From Clostridia bacterium (GTDB taxonomy: Bacteria; Bacillota; Clostridia; DUPQ01): a stretch of 64,000 nt of DNA. The notes under the pieces are model-generated. The model saw only the letters and a program-made list of their open reading frames with translations, searched no databases and had not been told where the DNA came from. The translations under genes were made by a program, and so were the position numbers. Location: positions 5,063 to 69,062 of the forward strand of contig JAFGQE010000003.1 of NCBI GenBank assembly GCA_016935835.1, in the 5' to 3' direction. Numbering within the stretch: position 1 is the stretch's first letter; every line of letters begins with the position of its first letter. Positions 55,821-64,000 of the stretch are shown here, piece after piece.

Positions 55821-56596
55821 CCCTCGCACAATTTGAAAGCATAATCAACGATGTCGGGGCCAATAAGGATAAAATGGTTTCCATGATACGCAGGGCTGCG
55901 ATTGAAAAGGCTGATATCATTGTTTTCCCAGAGTTGTTTTCAACCGGATATAACTTGGATTTGATCGGGGACGGCATATATGACATGGCAGAGGACTCTT
56001 CGGGTCCGGTGATATCCGCGGCATGCGCGGAAGCGGCCCTTGCCAAAATATATGTGGTCGCGCCGGTGGCATACAAGGACGGAGGGGCTATATATAATTC
56101 GGCGGTTGTCATAGACGATCGGGGCCGGGTGGTTAACGTATACCACAAGAACAATCTGTGGGACAAGGAACAGAAGTATTTTGGATACGGCGGCCACGAC
56201 TACAGGGTATACAAAACCCCATTTGCAAGGTTCGGGGTAATCATATGCTACGACGTGGATTTCCCCGAGACAAGCAGGGCCCTTGCAAAGGCGGGCGCGC
56301 AGATAATATTCGTGCCGGCGGCATGGGCGGTTACCCACAGGAGCCTTTGGGATATATTCCTCCCGGCCCGGGCGCTTGAAAATACGGTATTCATAGCCGG
56401 GGTCAACAGGACCGGGACCGAGGGCGAAGAGATTTACTTCGGGGACTCCAAGGTCTTCGACCCTACGGGAACCCTTGCGGCAAAGGCGGGGGAATGGAAA
56501 GAGGGACTCCTTGTCTGTGACCTGGACATTAAGACAATAGAAAAAATCCGGGAGGATTTCCCTTATCTCAGGGAATTGCGCAGGGATTATCCGTAA
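55808..56596 (+). CDS. Carbon-nitrogen hydrolase (nitrilase superfamily; N-carbamoylputrescine amidase-like branch possible)
   Basis: The E/K/C triad context (FPELF..., ...KNNLW..., VIICYDVDFPE). Overlaps the kinase stop by 13 nt. Confidence 0.78.
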   Translation: MAKIALAQFESIINDVGANKDKMVSMIRRAAIEKADIIVFPELFSTGYNLDLIGDGIYDMAEDSSGPVISAACAEAALAKIYVVAPVAYKDGGAIYNSAVVIDDRGRVVNVYHKNNLWDKEQKYFGYGGHDYRVYKTPFARFGVIICYDVDFPETSRALAKAGAQIIFVPAAWAVTHRSLWDIFLPARALENTVFIAGVNRTGTEGEEIYFGDSKVFDPTGTLAAKAGEWKEGLLVCDLDIKTIEKIREDFPYLRELRRDYP

Positions 56597-56657
56597 AGCA
56601 GGAAATCATCCCAGGGATAAAACCCATAAAGCAGGAAATCATCCCAGGGATAAAACC
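56592..56657. repeat. Two tandem copies of a 33-bp unit (c[g/a]TAAAGCAGGAAATCATCCCAGGGATAAAACC), each containing a 5-1-5 palindrome ATCCC-A-GGGAT
   Basis: Read directly. The first copy starts at the stop codon of the C-N hydrolase gene. Only one mismatch between copies. Confidence 0.85.
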
Positions 56658-56715
56658 ATGTGCTGCCGGCGATTTTCATATCATGGAAATATATTAAACT
56701 TTATAAGCGGAGGGA

Positions 56716-58197
56716 ATGGCAATGGCAGGAATCTATCTTAACGAAGACAATTCGCATTATTTCATGGAAAGGGCTGATAAGGCTTCCGACATTAAGGAAA
56801 TCAGGGACTTCATCCTGCAGTACGAGCGAACGAACGTTGAGAAGATGTTTCTTTGCGCCAGCTGCCAGAAAACGAACTTCCCGACGAAAACCGGGTCGAT
56901 CATATTTGAGGATGTCGATTACGACTCGCCTCTGTTTGACAGGCTCTCCAATTTCAGTAAGTGGAGTATGGCGGTGGGCGATATTGTCGCCAAGGGGATT
57001 GACATATACTCCATATGGATTGATACCCTTAGGGAAACAGGCATCTCGCCCTGGATGAGCATGCGCATGAATGATGTTCACAATGCCGACGATATCAACT
57101 CACTGATACACAGCGCTTTCTATAAAAACAACCTTGATTACCGCAGGGCCATGTACAGGGATGAAAAATGGGAGGACAGGCAGCTCGACTATATGATAAA
57201 GGAAGTACGGGATTATCATTTCGGGCTTGTGCTGGAGTATTTTGAGAAGTATGATTTCGACGGCCTCGAACTGGACTGGATGCGTTTCGGAAACCATTTT
57301 AAAGCGGGTTATGAGGACGAGGGAAGGGCTGTCCTTGATGATTTTATGAGAAGGACCAAGGAAACCGCTTTGAAATACGAGAAAATCCGCGGACACAGGA
57401 TAGAACTGGCCGCAAGGGTGCCGGTCAAGCCTGAAAGCGCTTTCGACATGGGAATGGATGGTGCGGGCTGGGCCAGGGCCGGTTATGTGGATCATTTGAT
57501 TCCATCGCCATTCTGGCATACCAGCCAGGCGGACATACCGGTCGAGAGGTGGAAGCAGCTGGTTTACGGCACAAGCTGCAGGATCGCCCCATGTATAGAG
57601 ATATGCCTGCGCCAGTACGCCTTTCCCGGGTGCAAAAATGAATTCCAGTATAATTCCATTGAAACAATCAAAGGTGCTGCGAAATCATTCGTCGACAGGG
57701 GAGCGGATGCGGTTTACCTTTTCAATTATATGGACAGGCAGAGCGCCCCGTATGATGAAGCAGGCTATAGGGAAATTATAACTTCTGTGGGTAAAAACGA
57801 GCTGATGAACAAGGGAATCAGAAGGCATGTCCTTACTTTCAACGACAGGCAGCCGGAGGGAATGCCTTCTGATGAAAGGTTGCCGTGCATGTTGAAAAAG
57901 AAGAAATTCGAGGGTTTTCGGATTCATACGGGTACGGCGGTTGCGGGGGAAGCACGGTTTGCCCTGCTGTCATTCAAAGGCAGGGAGGATATCAGCTCCA
58001 CTGATATAGAGGTATATGCAAATGGAAGAAAATGCGTTTTCGACGGAAAAAAGGACCCGGGCCACCCAAGGCCTGTAAACACCACATTCGCCTGGCGCAT
58101 GCCGGCTGAAAGCGTCAAGGACGGATACCAGGTGCTGGAAGTGGTGGCCTGTGATGAAGGATTTGTTCTTGACTGGCTGGAGATATTCATAGGCTGA
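56716..58197 (+). CDS. Hypothetical cytoplasmic TIM-barrel protein resembling glycoside-hydrolase-like family 10 (GHL10/DUF187-type)
   Basis: FDGLELDWMRFG resembles the GHL10 FDGIHLDDYFYP motif. No signal peptide. 493 aa. Begins ~60 nt after the tandem repeat. Confidence 0.4.
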   Translation: MAMAGIYLNEDNSHYFMERADKASDIKEIRDFILQYERTNVEKMFLCASCQKTNFPTKTGSIIFEDVDYDSPLFDRLSNFSKWSMAVGDIVAKGIDIYSIWIDTLRETGISPWMSMRMNDVHNADDINSLIHSAFYKNNLDYRRAMYRDEKWEDRQLDYMIKEVRDYHFGLVLEYFEKYDFDGLELDWMRFGNHFKAGYEDEGRAVLDDFMRRTKETALKYEKIRGHRIELAARVPVKPESAFDMGMDGAGWARAGYVDHLIPSPFWHTSQADIPVERWKQLVYGTSCRIAPCIEICLRQYAFPGCKNEFQYNSIETIKGAAKSFVDRGADAVYLFNYMDRQSAPYDEAGYREIITSVGKNELMNKGIRRHVLTFNDRQPEGMPSDERLPCMLKKKKFEGFRIHTGTAVAGEARFALLSFKGREDISSTDIEVYANGRKCVFDGKKDPGHPRPVNTTFAWRMPAESVKDGYQVLEVVACDEGFVLDWLEIFIG

Positions 58198-58327
58198 ACC
58201 GATATTCTTGAAACGGCCCCGGCAGCGATTGAGAATTTCCATGGCGGGGAAGAAAACGGTGCAAGTACAACTGTCCGAAAGGCCGGGCAATTGATTTTAC
58301 AGGATATGGCGGGATATATTGCATATA

Positions 58328-58356
58328 TTGAATACATGCCAAAAAATGTGTATAAT
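58328..58356 (+). promoter_or_regulatory. Sigma-A promoter of the opp operon: TTGAAT-17nt-TATAAT
   Basis: Read directly. Lies ~85 nt upstream of the oppB TTG start. Confidence 0.55.
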
Positions 58357-58440
58357 CATAAAATAACAGGAAATCAATTTACTCGGCATGGTTCGGAATT
58401 GATTTGGAAGCCCATAAAAAAATGTTTGGGGGGGAATAAT

Positions 58441-59361
58441 TTGAAGAACTATTTCCTGCGGCGAATCCTATCGGCCTTATTCACCATATTCCTGATTGCC
58501 ACGATAACCTTTTTTCTAATGAAAAGCGTTCCCGGGGGGCCGCTGACAAGGGAGAGGGCGCTCTCGCCGGAAATCGAAGCGGTCATGATTGAAAGGTATA
58601 ATCTTGACGCGCCGATCCTTGAACAGTATTTTGATTATATGAAGGGGCTTGTCACCTTCAACCTTGGTCCTTCATTTGCCAAGATAGGGCTTTCCGTCGA
58701 AGAATTGATTTGGAAGGGAATGCCCAATTCATTCAAGATAGGCGCGCTTTCGGTCCTTCTGATCATAATCCTTGGAATACCCATCGGAATAATATCCGCC
58801 TTGAAGCAAAACAAACCCATAGACTATTTCGTCATGTTCATGGCGACGCTCGGGGTAACCATCCCCAGTTTCGTCCTGGCAACCGGAATAATATATATTT
58901 TTGCGGGCAAGCTCGGCTGGATACCGTCTTTTGGGCTGAACTCTCCTCTGAGCTACATCGGCCCGGTCGTGGCACTGTCGGGATACTCGCTTTCCTTTGT
59001 TGCGAGGCTTACAAGGTCGAGCATGCTTGAGGTTCTAAGGCAGGACTACATAAGGACCGCAAGGGCGAACGGCCTCAGGGAGCTTTCGGTCATTGGGAAA
59101 CATGCAATAAAAAATGCCCTTATACCTGTAATAACCTATATTGGTCCGATGATTGCGGCGATACTGACCGGATCGTTCGTTATAGAGAAAATATTTGCAA
59201 TACCGGGCATCGGAAGATATTTTGTGGAAAGCGTGACAAACAGGGATTACACGGTGCTTCTGGGGATAACCGTATTTTATGCGGCGTTTTATGTAATCAT
59301 GGTACTGCTGGTTGATGTGGCGTATGCTTTGGTCGACCCTAGGATTAAGTTTAATAAGTGA
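58441..59361 (+). CDS. oppB: Oligopeptide ABC transporter permease OppB
   Basis: TTG start after GGGGGG RBS (the ORF-track upstream extension is rejected). BPD-transporter signature EAA-like loop. 6 TM helices. Confidence 0.88.
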   Translation: MKNYFLRRILSALFTIFLIATITFFLMKSVPGGPLTRERALSPEIEAVMIERYNLDAPILEQYFDYMKGLVTFNLGPSFAKIGLSVEELIWKGMPNSFKIGALSVLLIIILGIPIGIISALKQNKPIDYFVMFMATLGVTIPSFVLATGIIYIFAGKLGWIPSFGLNSPLSYIGPVVALSGYSLSFVARLTRSSMLEVLRQDYIRTARANGLRELSVIGKHAIKNALIPVITYIGPMIAAILTGSFVIEKIFAIPGIGRYFVESVTNRDYTVLLGITVFYAAFYVIMVLLVDVAYALVDPRIKFNK

Positions 59362-59370
59362 GTTGGTGTT

Positions 59371-60570
59371 ATGGACAAAAAGAATTGGGAAATCGTTGAC
59401 CCGTCCCGCCTGACTGAAAACGAGGCCTACCGGCCGAGCCTTACATACTGGCAGGATGCTTGGAGAAGACTCAAGAAGAACATAGGGGCGATGATAGGAC
59501 TGGCGGGTGTGGTCCTGATGCTGCTGTTTGGCTTTCTCGGCCCACAGTTTACGGATTTTTCATACTCTGACCAGAACCTTGATTATTCAAACCTCCCCCC
59601 GAGGCTTTCCATATACAAACTTGACGAGGACCTTTGGGTTTACCTGAGCAATGACTACAAGCTGCTGAGAGTTACGGAAAAAGGCAAGTTGATCGAAAGG
59701 ATAGAAAGGCCGGCGGAATTGAACCCGCGTGCGGTTATAGATAAAAAGTATATATTTGTTTATGGCGATGAGGAAATCACAGTGGATTTCTCCTATGCCA
59801 AGCGATACAACGATACAGGCGAAGGATACCGGTTCACCATAATTTACAGAGGAACCACGCATATCGAACCTGATAAAAAAGTGGGAAACAGGGTGTATCC
59901 GTTTGGAACGGACAAAGTCGGCAGGGACTTGCTGACAAGGGTCATGTACGGCGCGCGCATATCGCTCATCGTTGCCTTCATAGCTACACTGGTCAGTTTT
60001 TTCATAGGCGTGATTTACGGGGCTGTTTCTGGATATGAAGGCGGCAAGATCGACAATTTCATGATGAGGATTGTCGACATCATAAACTCCATACCGCTGA
60101 TTCTTCTAGTCATTCTTCTTATGGTTATGTTTGAGAGAGGCGGACTGTGGACCATAATAATAGCGCTGGGCGCAGTCTATTGGGTCGGTATGGCAAGGCT
60201 GGTAAGGGGTCAGGCGCTTTCGCTCAAGAACCAGGAGTTCGTTCTCGCGGCCATAACGCTGGGGGTGTCGAAAAGAAAAATAATATCCAGGCATCTGATT
60301 CCGAATGCGATGGGCCCGATACTTGTATCCATGACAATGATGATTCCAAGCGCGGTTTTCACGGAATCATTCCTGAGTTTCATCGGGCTGGGGGTTTCGG
60401 CGCCGATGGCATCATGGGGAACGCTGGCTAACGAATCTCTTCCCGCCCTAACGACATATCCGTACCAATTGTTCTTTCCCGCTGGCGCAATCGCAATCAC
60501 AATGCTGGCATTCAATTTCGTGGGCGACGGGCTGAGGGACGCCCTGGATCCCAGGCTGAGGAAAGGATAG
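59371..60570 (+). CDS. oppC: Oligopeptide ABC transporter permease OppC (with long N-terminal periplasmic insertion)
   Basis: N-terminal TM helix followed by a ~150-aa extracytoplasmic insert. C-terminal permease core with EAA-type loop. Confidence 0.86.
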   Translation: MDKKNWEIVDPSRLTENEAYRPSLTYWQDAWRRLKKNIGAMIGLAGVVLMLLFGFLGPQFTDFSYSDQNLDYSNLPPRLSIYKLDEDLWVYLSNDYKLLRVTEKGKLIERIERPAELNPRAVIDKKYIFVYGDEEITVDFSYAKRYNDTGEGYRFTIIYRGTTHIEPDKKVGNRVYPFGTDKVGRDLLTRVMYGARISLIVAFIATLVSFFIGVIYGAVSGYEGGKIDNFMMRIVDIINSIPLILLVILLMVMFERGGLWTIIIALGAVYWVGMARLVRGQALSLKNQEFVLAAITLGVSKRKIISRHLIPNAMGPILVSMTMMIPSAVFTESFLSFIGLGVSAPMASWGTLANESLPALTTYPYQLFFPAGAIAITMLAFNFVGDGLRDALDPRLRKG

Positions 60571-60579
60571 GGTGGAACA

Positions 60580-61599
60580 ATGGAAAAGCTGCTTGAAATT
60601 ACAAATCTGAAAACCTCGTTTTTCACCCATTTCGGTGAAGTCCAGGCCGTCCGGGAAACAACGTTCTCAATGGACAAGGGGGAAGTGCTTGGAATAGTCG
60701 GAGAATCAGGAAGCGGAAAGAGCGTGACGGCGCTTTCAATAATGAGGCTTGTCGAGTCGCCGGGTAAAATAGTAAGCGGGAAGATAATCTTCGATGGCAA
60801 GGACATCACCGGTATGACCGAAAAAGAAATGACCGAGATTAGGGGCCAGGATATCGCAATGATTTTCCAGGATCCGATGACATCCCTTAATCCGGTTTAC
60901 ACAATACGAAACCAGATGGTGGAGGTCATAAGAAGGCATACGGACATGAGCAGGAAGCAGGCCTTGGCAAAAGCTGAGGATATGCTCAGGCTTGTGGAAA
61001 TACCGGAACCTAAAAAAAGAATAAACAGTTATCCGCATGAATTCTCCGGAGGAATGAAGCAAAGGGCAATGATTGCGACCGCACTGTCATGCGACCCGAA
61101 GCTTCTGATTGCCGACGAGCCTACGACGGCGCTCGATGTAACGATACAAGCACAGATAATCGCACTCATGAAGAACCTTAAGGAAAAGCTCAGCATGTCG
61201 ATAATAATAATAACCCACGACCTTGGGGTAATCGCTGAAATATGCAGCAGGATAATCGTCATGTACGGCGGCAAGATCATGGAGGAGGGCACAAGCGACG
61301 AGATTTTCTACGAACCTCAGAATCCATACACGGTCGGGCTTCATAAATCCGTTCCGAGGATGGATTCAGGCGACAGGAAGAGACTGGTACCGATAGCGGG
61401 CTCACCGCCCGATTTGCTTTCTCCTCCAGGCGGATGTCCTTTTTCACCCAGATGCCCGCATACCATGGAAATATGCCTGAAGGAGCATCCCCCGAAGTTT
61501 AATTTGAGCGCCACGCATTCCTCCGCTTGCTGGTTGCTGCATCCGGAGTCACCCGCGGTTGAAGGATACAGGAAAGGGGTTCAGAGGAATGAAGGATAA
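60580..61599 (+). CDS. oppD: Oligopeptide ABC transporter ATP-binding protein OppD
   Basis: Walker A GESGSGKS, signature FSGGMKQR, Walker B LLIADEPTTALD, C-terminal oligopeptide-transporter Cys-containing extension. Confidence 0.9.
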   Translation: MEKLLEITNLKTSFFTHFGEVQAVRETTFSMDKGEVLGIVGESGSGKSVTALSIMRLVESPGKIVSGKIIFDGKDITGMTEKEMTEIRGQDIAMIFQDPMTSLNPVYTIRNQMVEVIRRHTDMSRKQALAKAEDMLRLVEIPEPKKRINSYPHEFSGGMKQRAMIATALSCDPKLLIADEPTTALDVTIQAQIIALMKNLKEKLSMSIIIITHDLGVIAEICSRIIVMYGGKIMEEGTSDEIFYEPQNPYTVGLHKSVPRMDSGDRKRLVPIAGSPPDLLSPPGGCPFSPRCPHTMEICLKEHPPKFNLSATHSSACWLLHPESPAVEGYRKGVQRNEG

Positions 61600-62575
61600 A
61601 CAGCCGTTGCTCGAGGTTACGAACCTAAAGAAATATTTCGATGTGGGGCATAATATTTTTGCAAAAAGCAAATTGTTCCTCACAGCGGTAGACGATATAT
61701 CATTATATATCAACAGGGGGGAGACATTCGGTCTCGTGGGCGAATCCGGCTGCGGGAAATCAACGACCGGAAGAACCATAATAAAGCTGTATCAGGCCAC
61801 AGGAGGAAGGATAATTTTTGACGGGATAGACATAACCGACATTCCCGAGAAGCAAATGAAGCCCTACAGGAAACGGATGCAGATGATATTCCAGGACCCT
61901 TATTCCTCATTGAATACCAGGATGACTGTAACCGATATAATCGGCGAAGGCATTGATACCCATAATATAGCCAAGGGGAAGGCGAGACAGGAGATTATTT
62001 TCGACTTGCTTAACAAAGTGGGACTCAAGAGGGAGCACGCAAACAGGTATCCGCATGAATTTTCCGGGGGTCAAAGGCAGAGGATAGGCGTCGCAAGGGC
62101 CCTGGCGGTATCGCCCGACCTCATAATATGCGACGAGCCCATATCGGCTCTCGACGTATCCATACAGGCCCAGGTCGTCAACATGCTTGAGGATTTCCAG
62201 AACGAGATGGGCCTTACATATATGTTCATAGCCCACGACCTGTCAATGGTCAAGCATATTTCGGACAGGATAGGGGTCATGTATCTGGGCAAGCTGGTGG
62301 AGGTGTGCCCGAGCGACGAACTGTACGAGAAACCCCTTCACCCTTATACGCAGGCCCTCCTTTCGGCGATTCCGATTCCCGACCCAAGGGTTACAAGACA
62401 GAATAAAAGGATTATATTGCAAGGAGATGTCGTAAGTCCGATAAACCCGCCCGAGGGATGCCGGTTCTGCAGCAGGTGCAGGTATGTCATGGATGTCTGC
62501 AGGGAAGTAACGCCCGAGCTTAAGGAAGTCTCCCCCGGCCACGTGGTGGCATGCCATCTTATGGACAGGAAGTAG
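61589..62575 (+). CDS. oppF: Oligopeptide ABC transporter ATP-binding protein OppF
   Basis: Walker A GESGCGKST, signature FSGGQRQR, Walker B LIICDEPISALD. Confidence 0.9.
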   Translation: MKDKQPLLEVTNLKKYFDVGHNIFAKSKLFLTAVDDISLYINRGETFGLVGESGCGKSTTGRTIIKLYQATGGRIIFDGIDITDIPEKQMKPYRKRMQMIFQDPYSSLNTRMTVTDIIGEGIDTHNIAKGKARQEIIFDLLNKVGLKREHANRYPHEFSGGQRQRIGVARALAVSPDLIICDEPISALDVSIQAQVVNMLEDFQNEMGLTYMFIAHDLSMVKHISDRIGVMYLGKLVEVCPSDELYEKPLHPYTQALLSAIPIPDPRVTRQNKRIILQGDVVSPINPPEGCRFCSRCRYVMDVCREVTPELKEVSPGHVVACHLMDRK

Positions 62576-62671
62576 CGGGATAAATAGTGAGGAACATGGT
62601 ATTCTTGATATTTTTCGGTATCAGGAGTACAATAAATAACAAATATGTTCACAAATTTAAGGAGGGGAAAA

Positions 62672-64000
62672 ATGAAGAAAATACTAGTGATACTTCTGGC
62701 GGTTGCCATGCTTGTACCTGCTCTCGCAGGATGCTCGGGCACGGCCAGCGGCGGCGAGATGATCTTCAATTGGAACGTGGGTTCAAGCGGACCCAAGACG
62801 ATTGACCCGGGTCTCAACGGCGCCAGCGACGGAGGGGATGTCATCAACGCGACCTTTGAAGGCCTCGTTAGAGAAATAGACGGTGTCATCCAGCCAGGTG
62901 TTGCAAAATCCTGGGATATCTCCGATGACGGAAAGGTTTACACCTTCAAACTTAGGAAAATGAACTGGTCGGACGGAACCAAGCTCACGGCGAATGATTT
63001 CGTTTACGCATGGAAAAGAGCGATGGATCCAGCGACGGCATCCGAGTATCAGTTCATATGGGAGTACACGAATGTAGTCGGCGCATTTGAAGCCGCTTAT
63101 GAAGACGGATCGCTTGATAACGTAGGAATCAAGGCGGTTGACGACTATACCTTCGAAGTGACGCTGAAGGCGCCCACTGATTACTTCCTTGGACTCATGG
63201 CGTTCTATCATTTCATGCCTGTCAAGCAGTCGGCTGTTGAAACCGGCGCTGCGGACGGCGTATGGGCTAAGAATCCCGCGACCGCGGTCAGCAACGGACC
63301 TTTCAAACTGGAATCATATACTGAAAACGACAGACTTGTACTTGTGAAGAACGAAGAGTACTGGAACAAGAAAAACATCCAGATTACAAAGATCAACGGC
63401 TTCTTCATAGATGACGTATCAACCGCATACACAGCTTACAATTCAGGCGAACTGGACTTCATACCCGATGTTCCTCCGGCGGAAGTTCCCAGGCTGATCG
63501 TAGAAGACCCTGAATTCTATGTATTCCCGTTGCTTGGGACATATTACTACAGCTTCAACCTTGACAAAGAAATGTTCCAGGACGTCAAGGTAAGGAAAGC
63601 CCTTGCCCTTGCAATCGACAGGGAGGCGATCTGCGAAACCCTGGCTGCAGGACAGATACCCGCCGGCGGATTCGTTCCCCCGGGAATGCCTGATAATGAA
63701 GGAAGGGATTTCTTTGAAACAGCCGGACTTTATGGCTTCGTAACGGATGACAGCAAGGTTGCCGATGCAAAGGCCCTGCTTGCCGAGGCAGGATATCCGG
63801 GCGGGGAAGGTTTCCCGAAATTCACAATCCTCTACAACACATCCGCCGGACATCAGCTCATAGCTGAAATGGTCCAGGAAATGTGGAAAGTCAACCTTGG
63901 TCTCGATGTGGATCTGGCCAACCAGGAATGGGCGGTATTCCAGGATACAAGGAAAGAGGGCAACTTTGACGTGGCGAGGGGCGGATGGCTTACGGACTAT
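62672..64000 (+). CDS. oppA: Oligopeptide-binding lipoprotein OppA (SBP family 5), 5' portion; continues beyond the window
   Basis: GGAGGGG RBS, ATG at 62672. Lipoprotein signal MKKILVILLAVAMLVPALAGCSG. Family-5 SBP motifs. No stop codon before the window end. Confidence 0.85.
   Translation, partial: MKKILVILLAVAMLVPALAGCSGTASGGEMIFNWNVGSSGPKTIDPGLNGASDGGDVINATFEGLVREIDGVIQPGVAKSWDISDDGKVYTFKLRKMNWSDGTKLTANDFVYAWKRAMDPATASEYQFIWEYTNVVGAFEAAYEDGSLDNVGIKAVDDYTFEVTLKAPTDYFLGLMAFYHFMPVKQSAVETGAADGVWAKNPATAVSNGPFKLESYTENDRLVLVKNEEYWNKKNIQITKINGFFIDDVSTAYTAYNSGELDFIPDVPPAEVPRLIVEDPEFYVFPLLGTYYYSFNLDKEMFQDVKVRKALALAIDREAICETLAAGQIPAGGFVPPGMPDNEGRDFFETAGLYGFVTDDSKVADAKALLAEAGYPGGEGFPKFTILYNTSAGHQLIAEMVQEMWKVNLGLDVDLANQEWAVFQDTRKEGNFDVARGGWLTDY

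Noticed and set aside
56592-56657. The possibility that the 2 x 33-bp repeat is a CRISPR array
   Set aside because: There are only two copies with a 2-nt spacer and no longer unique spacers, and no cas genes are nearby. It is a simple tandem duplication or operator pair.

Overview
This is a Firmicutes/Clostridia-like chromosomal window of mostly plus-strand housekeeping operons. Genes are densely packed with frequent ATGA/TTGA start-stop overlaps and near-consensus sigma-A promoters. In order: a partial flavodoxin-like gene; a PHP phosphoesterase; T-box-led proS; a J-like membrane protein/MoxR/DUF58/DUF4129-like operon; lon; a TauE/SafE exporter; a DUF39 + NIL-ferredoxin + UPF0280 homocysteine-biosynthesis module directly followed by proB-proA; a minus-strand membrane protein/M23 peptidase/bactofilin/class-A PBP cell-wall cluster; the conserved priA-def-fmt-(Zn peptidase)-rsmB-rlmN-prpC-prkC-rsgA-rpe-thiN block; an aminotransferase; a small CxxC membrane peptide coupled to a polytopic 4Fe-4S protein; a TrkA_C membrane protein; minus-strand rqcH preceded by two intracellular beta-propeller/BNR glycosidase-like genes and a lipoprotein; a thioredoxin-thioredoxin reductase fusion plus a glutaredoxin-like gene; tRNA-Thr(GGU); sigH; a URO-D family protein; an orphan chagasin-family (I42) protease inhibitor; phoH-pgpH-ybeY-cdd-era-recO; a 2-hydroxyacid dehydrogenase; then a six-gene overlapping operon (GNAT / GmhA-like SIS isomerase / HAD phosphatase / deoxyhypusine-synthase-like / HldE-domain-I-like PfkB kinase / C-N hydrolase) followed by a 2x33-bp tandem repeat and a GHL10-like TIM-barrel protein; and finally oppBCDFA (oppA runs off the window). 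No CRISPR array, IS element or prophage was seen. The best candidate for an undescribed system is the GNAT-SIS-HAD-DHS-like-PfkB-amidase operon, which looks like a heptose-phosphate plus polyamine-type pathway of unknown product.
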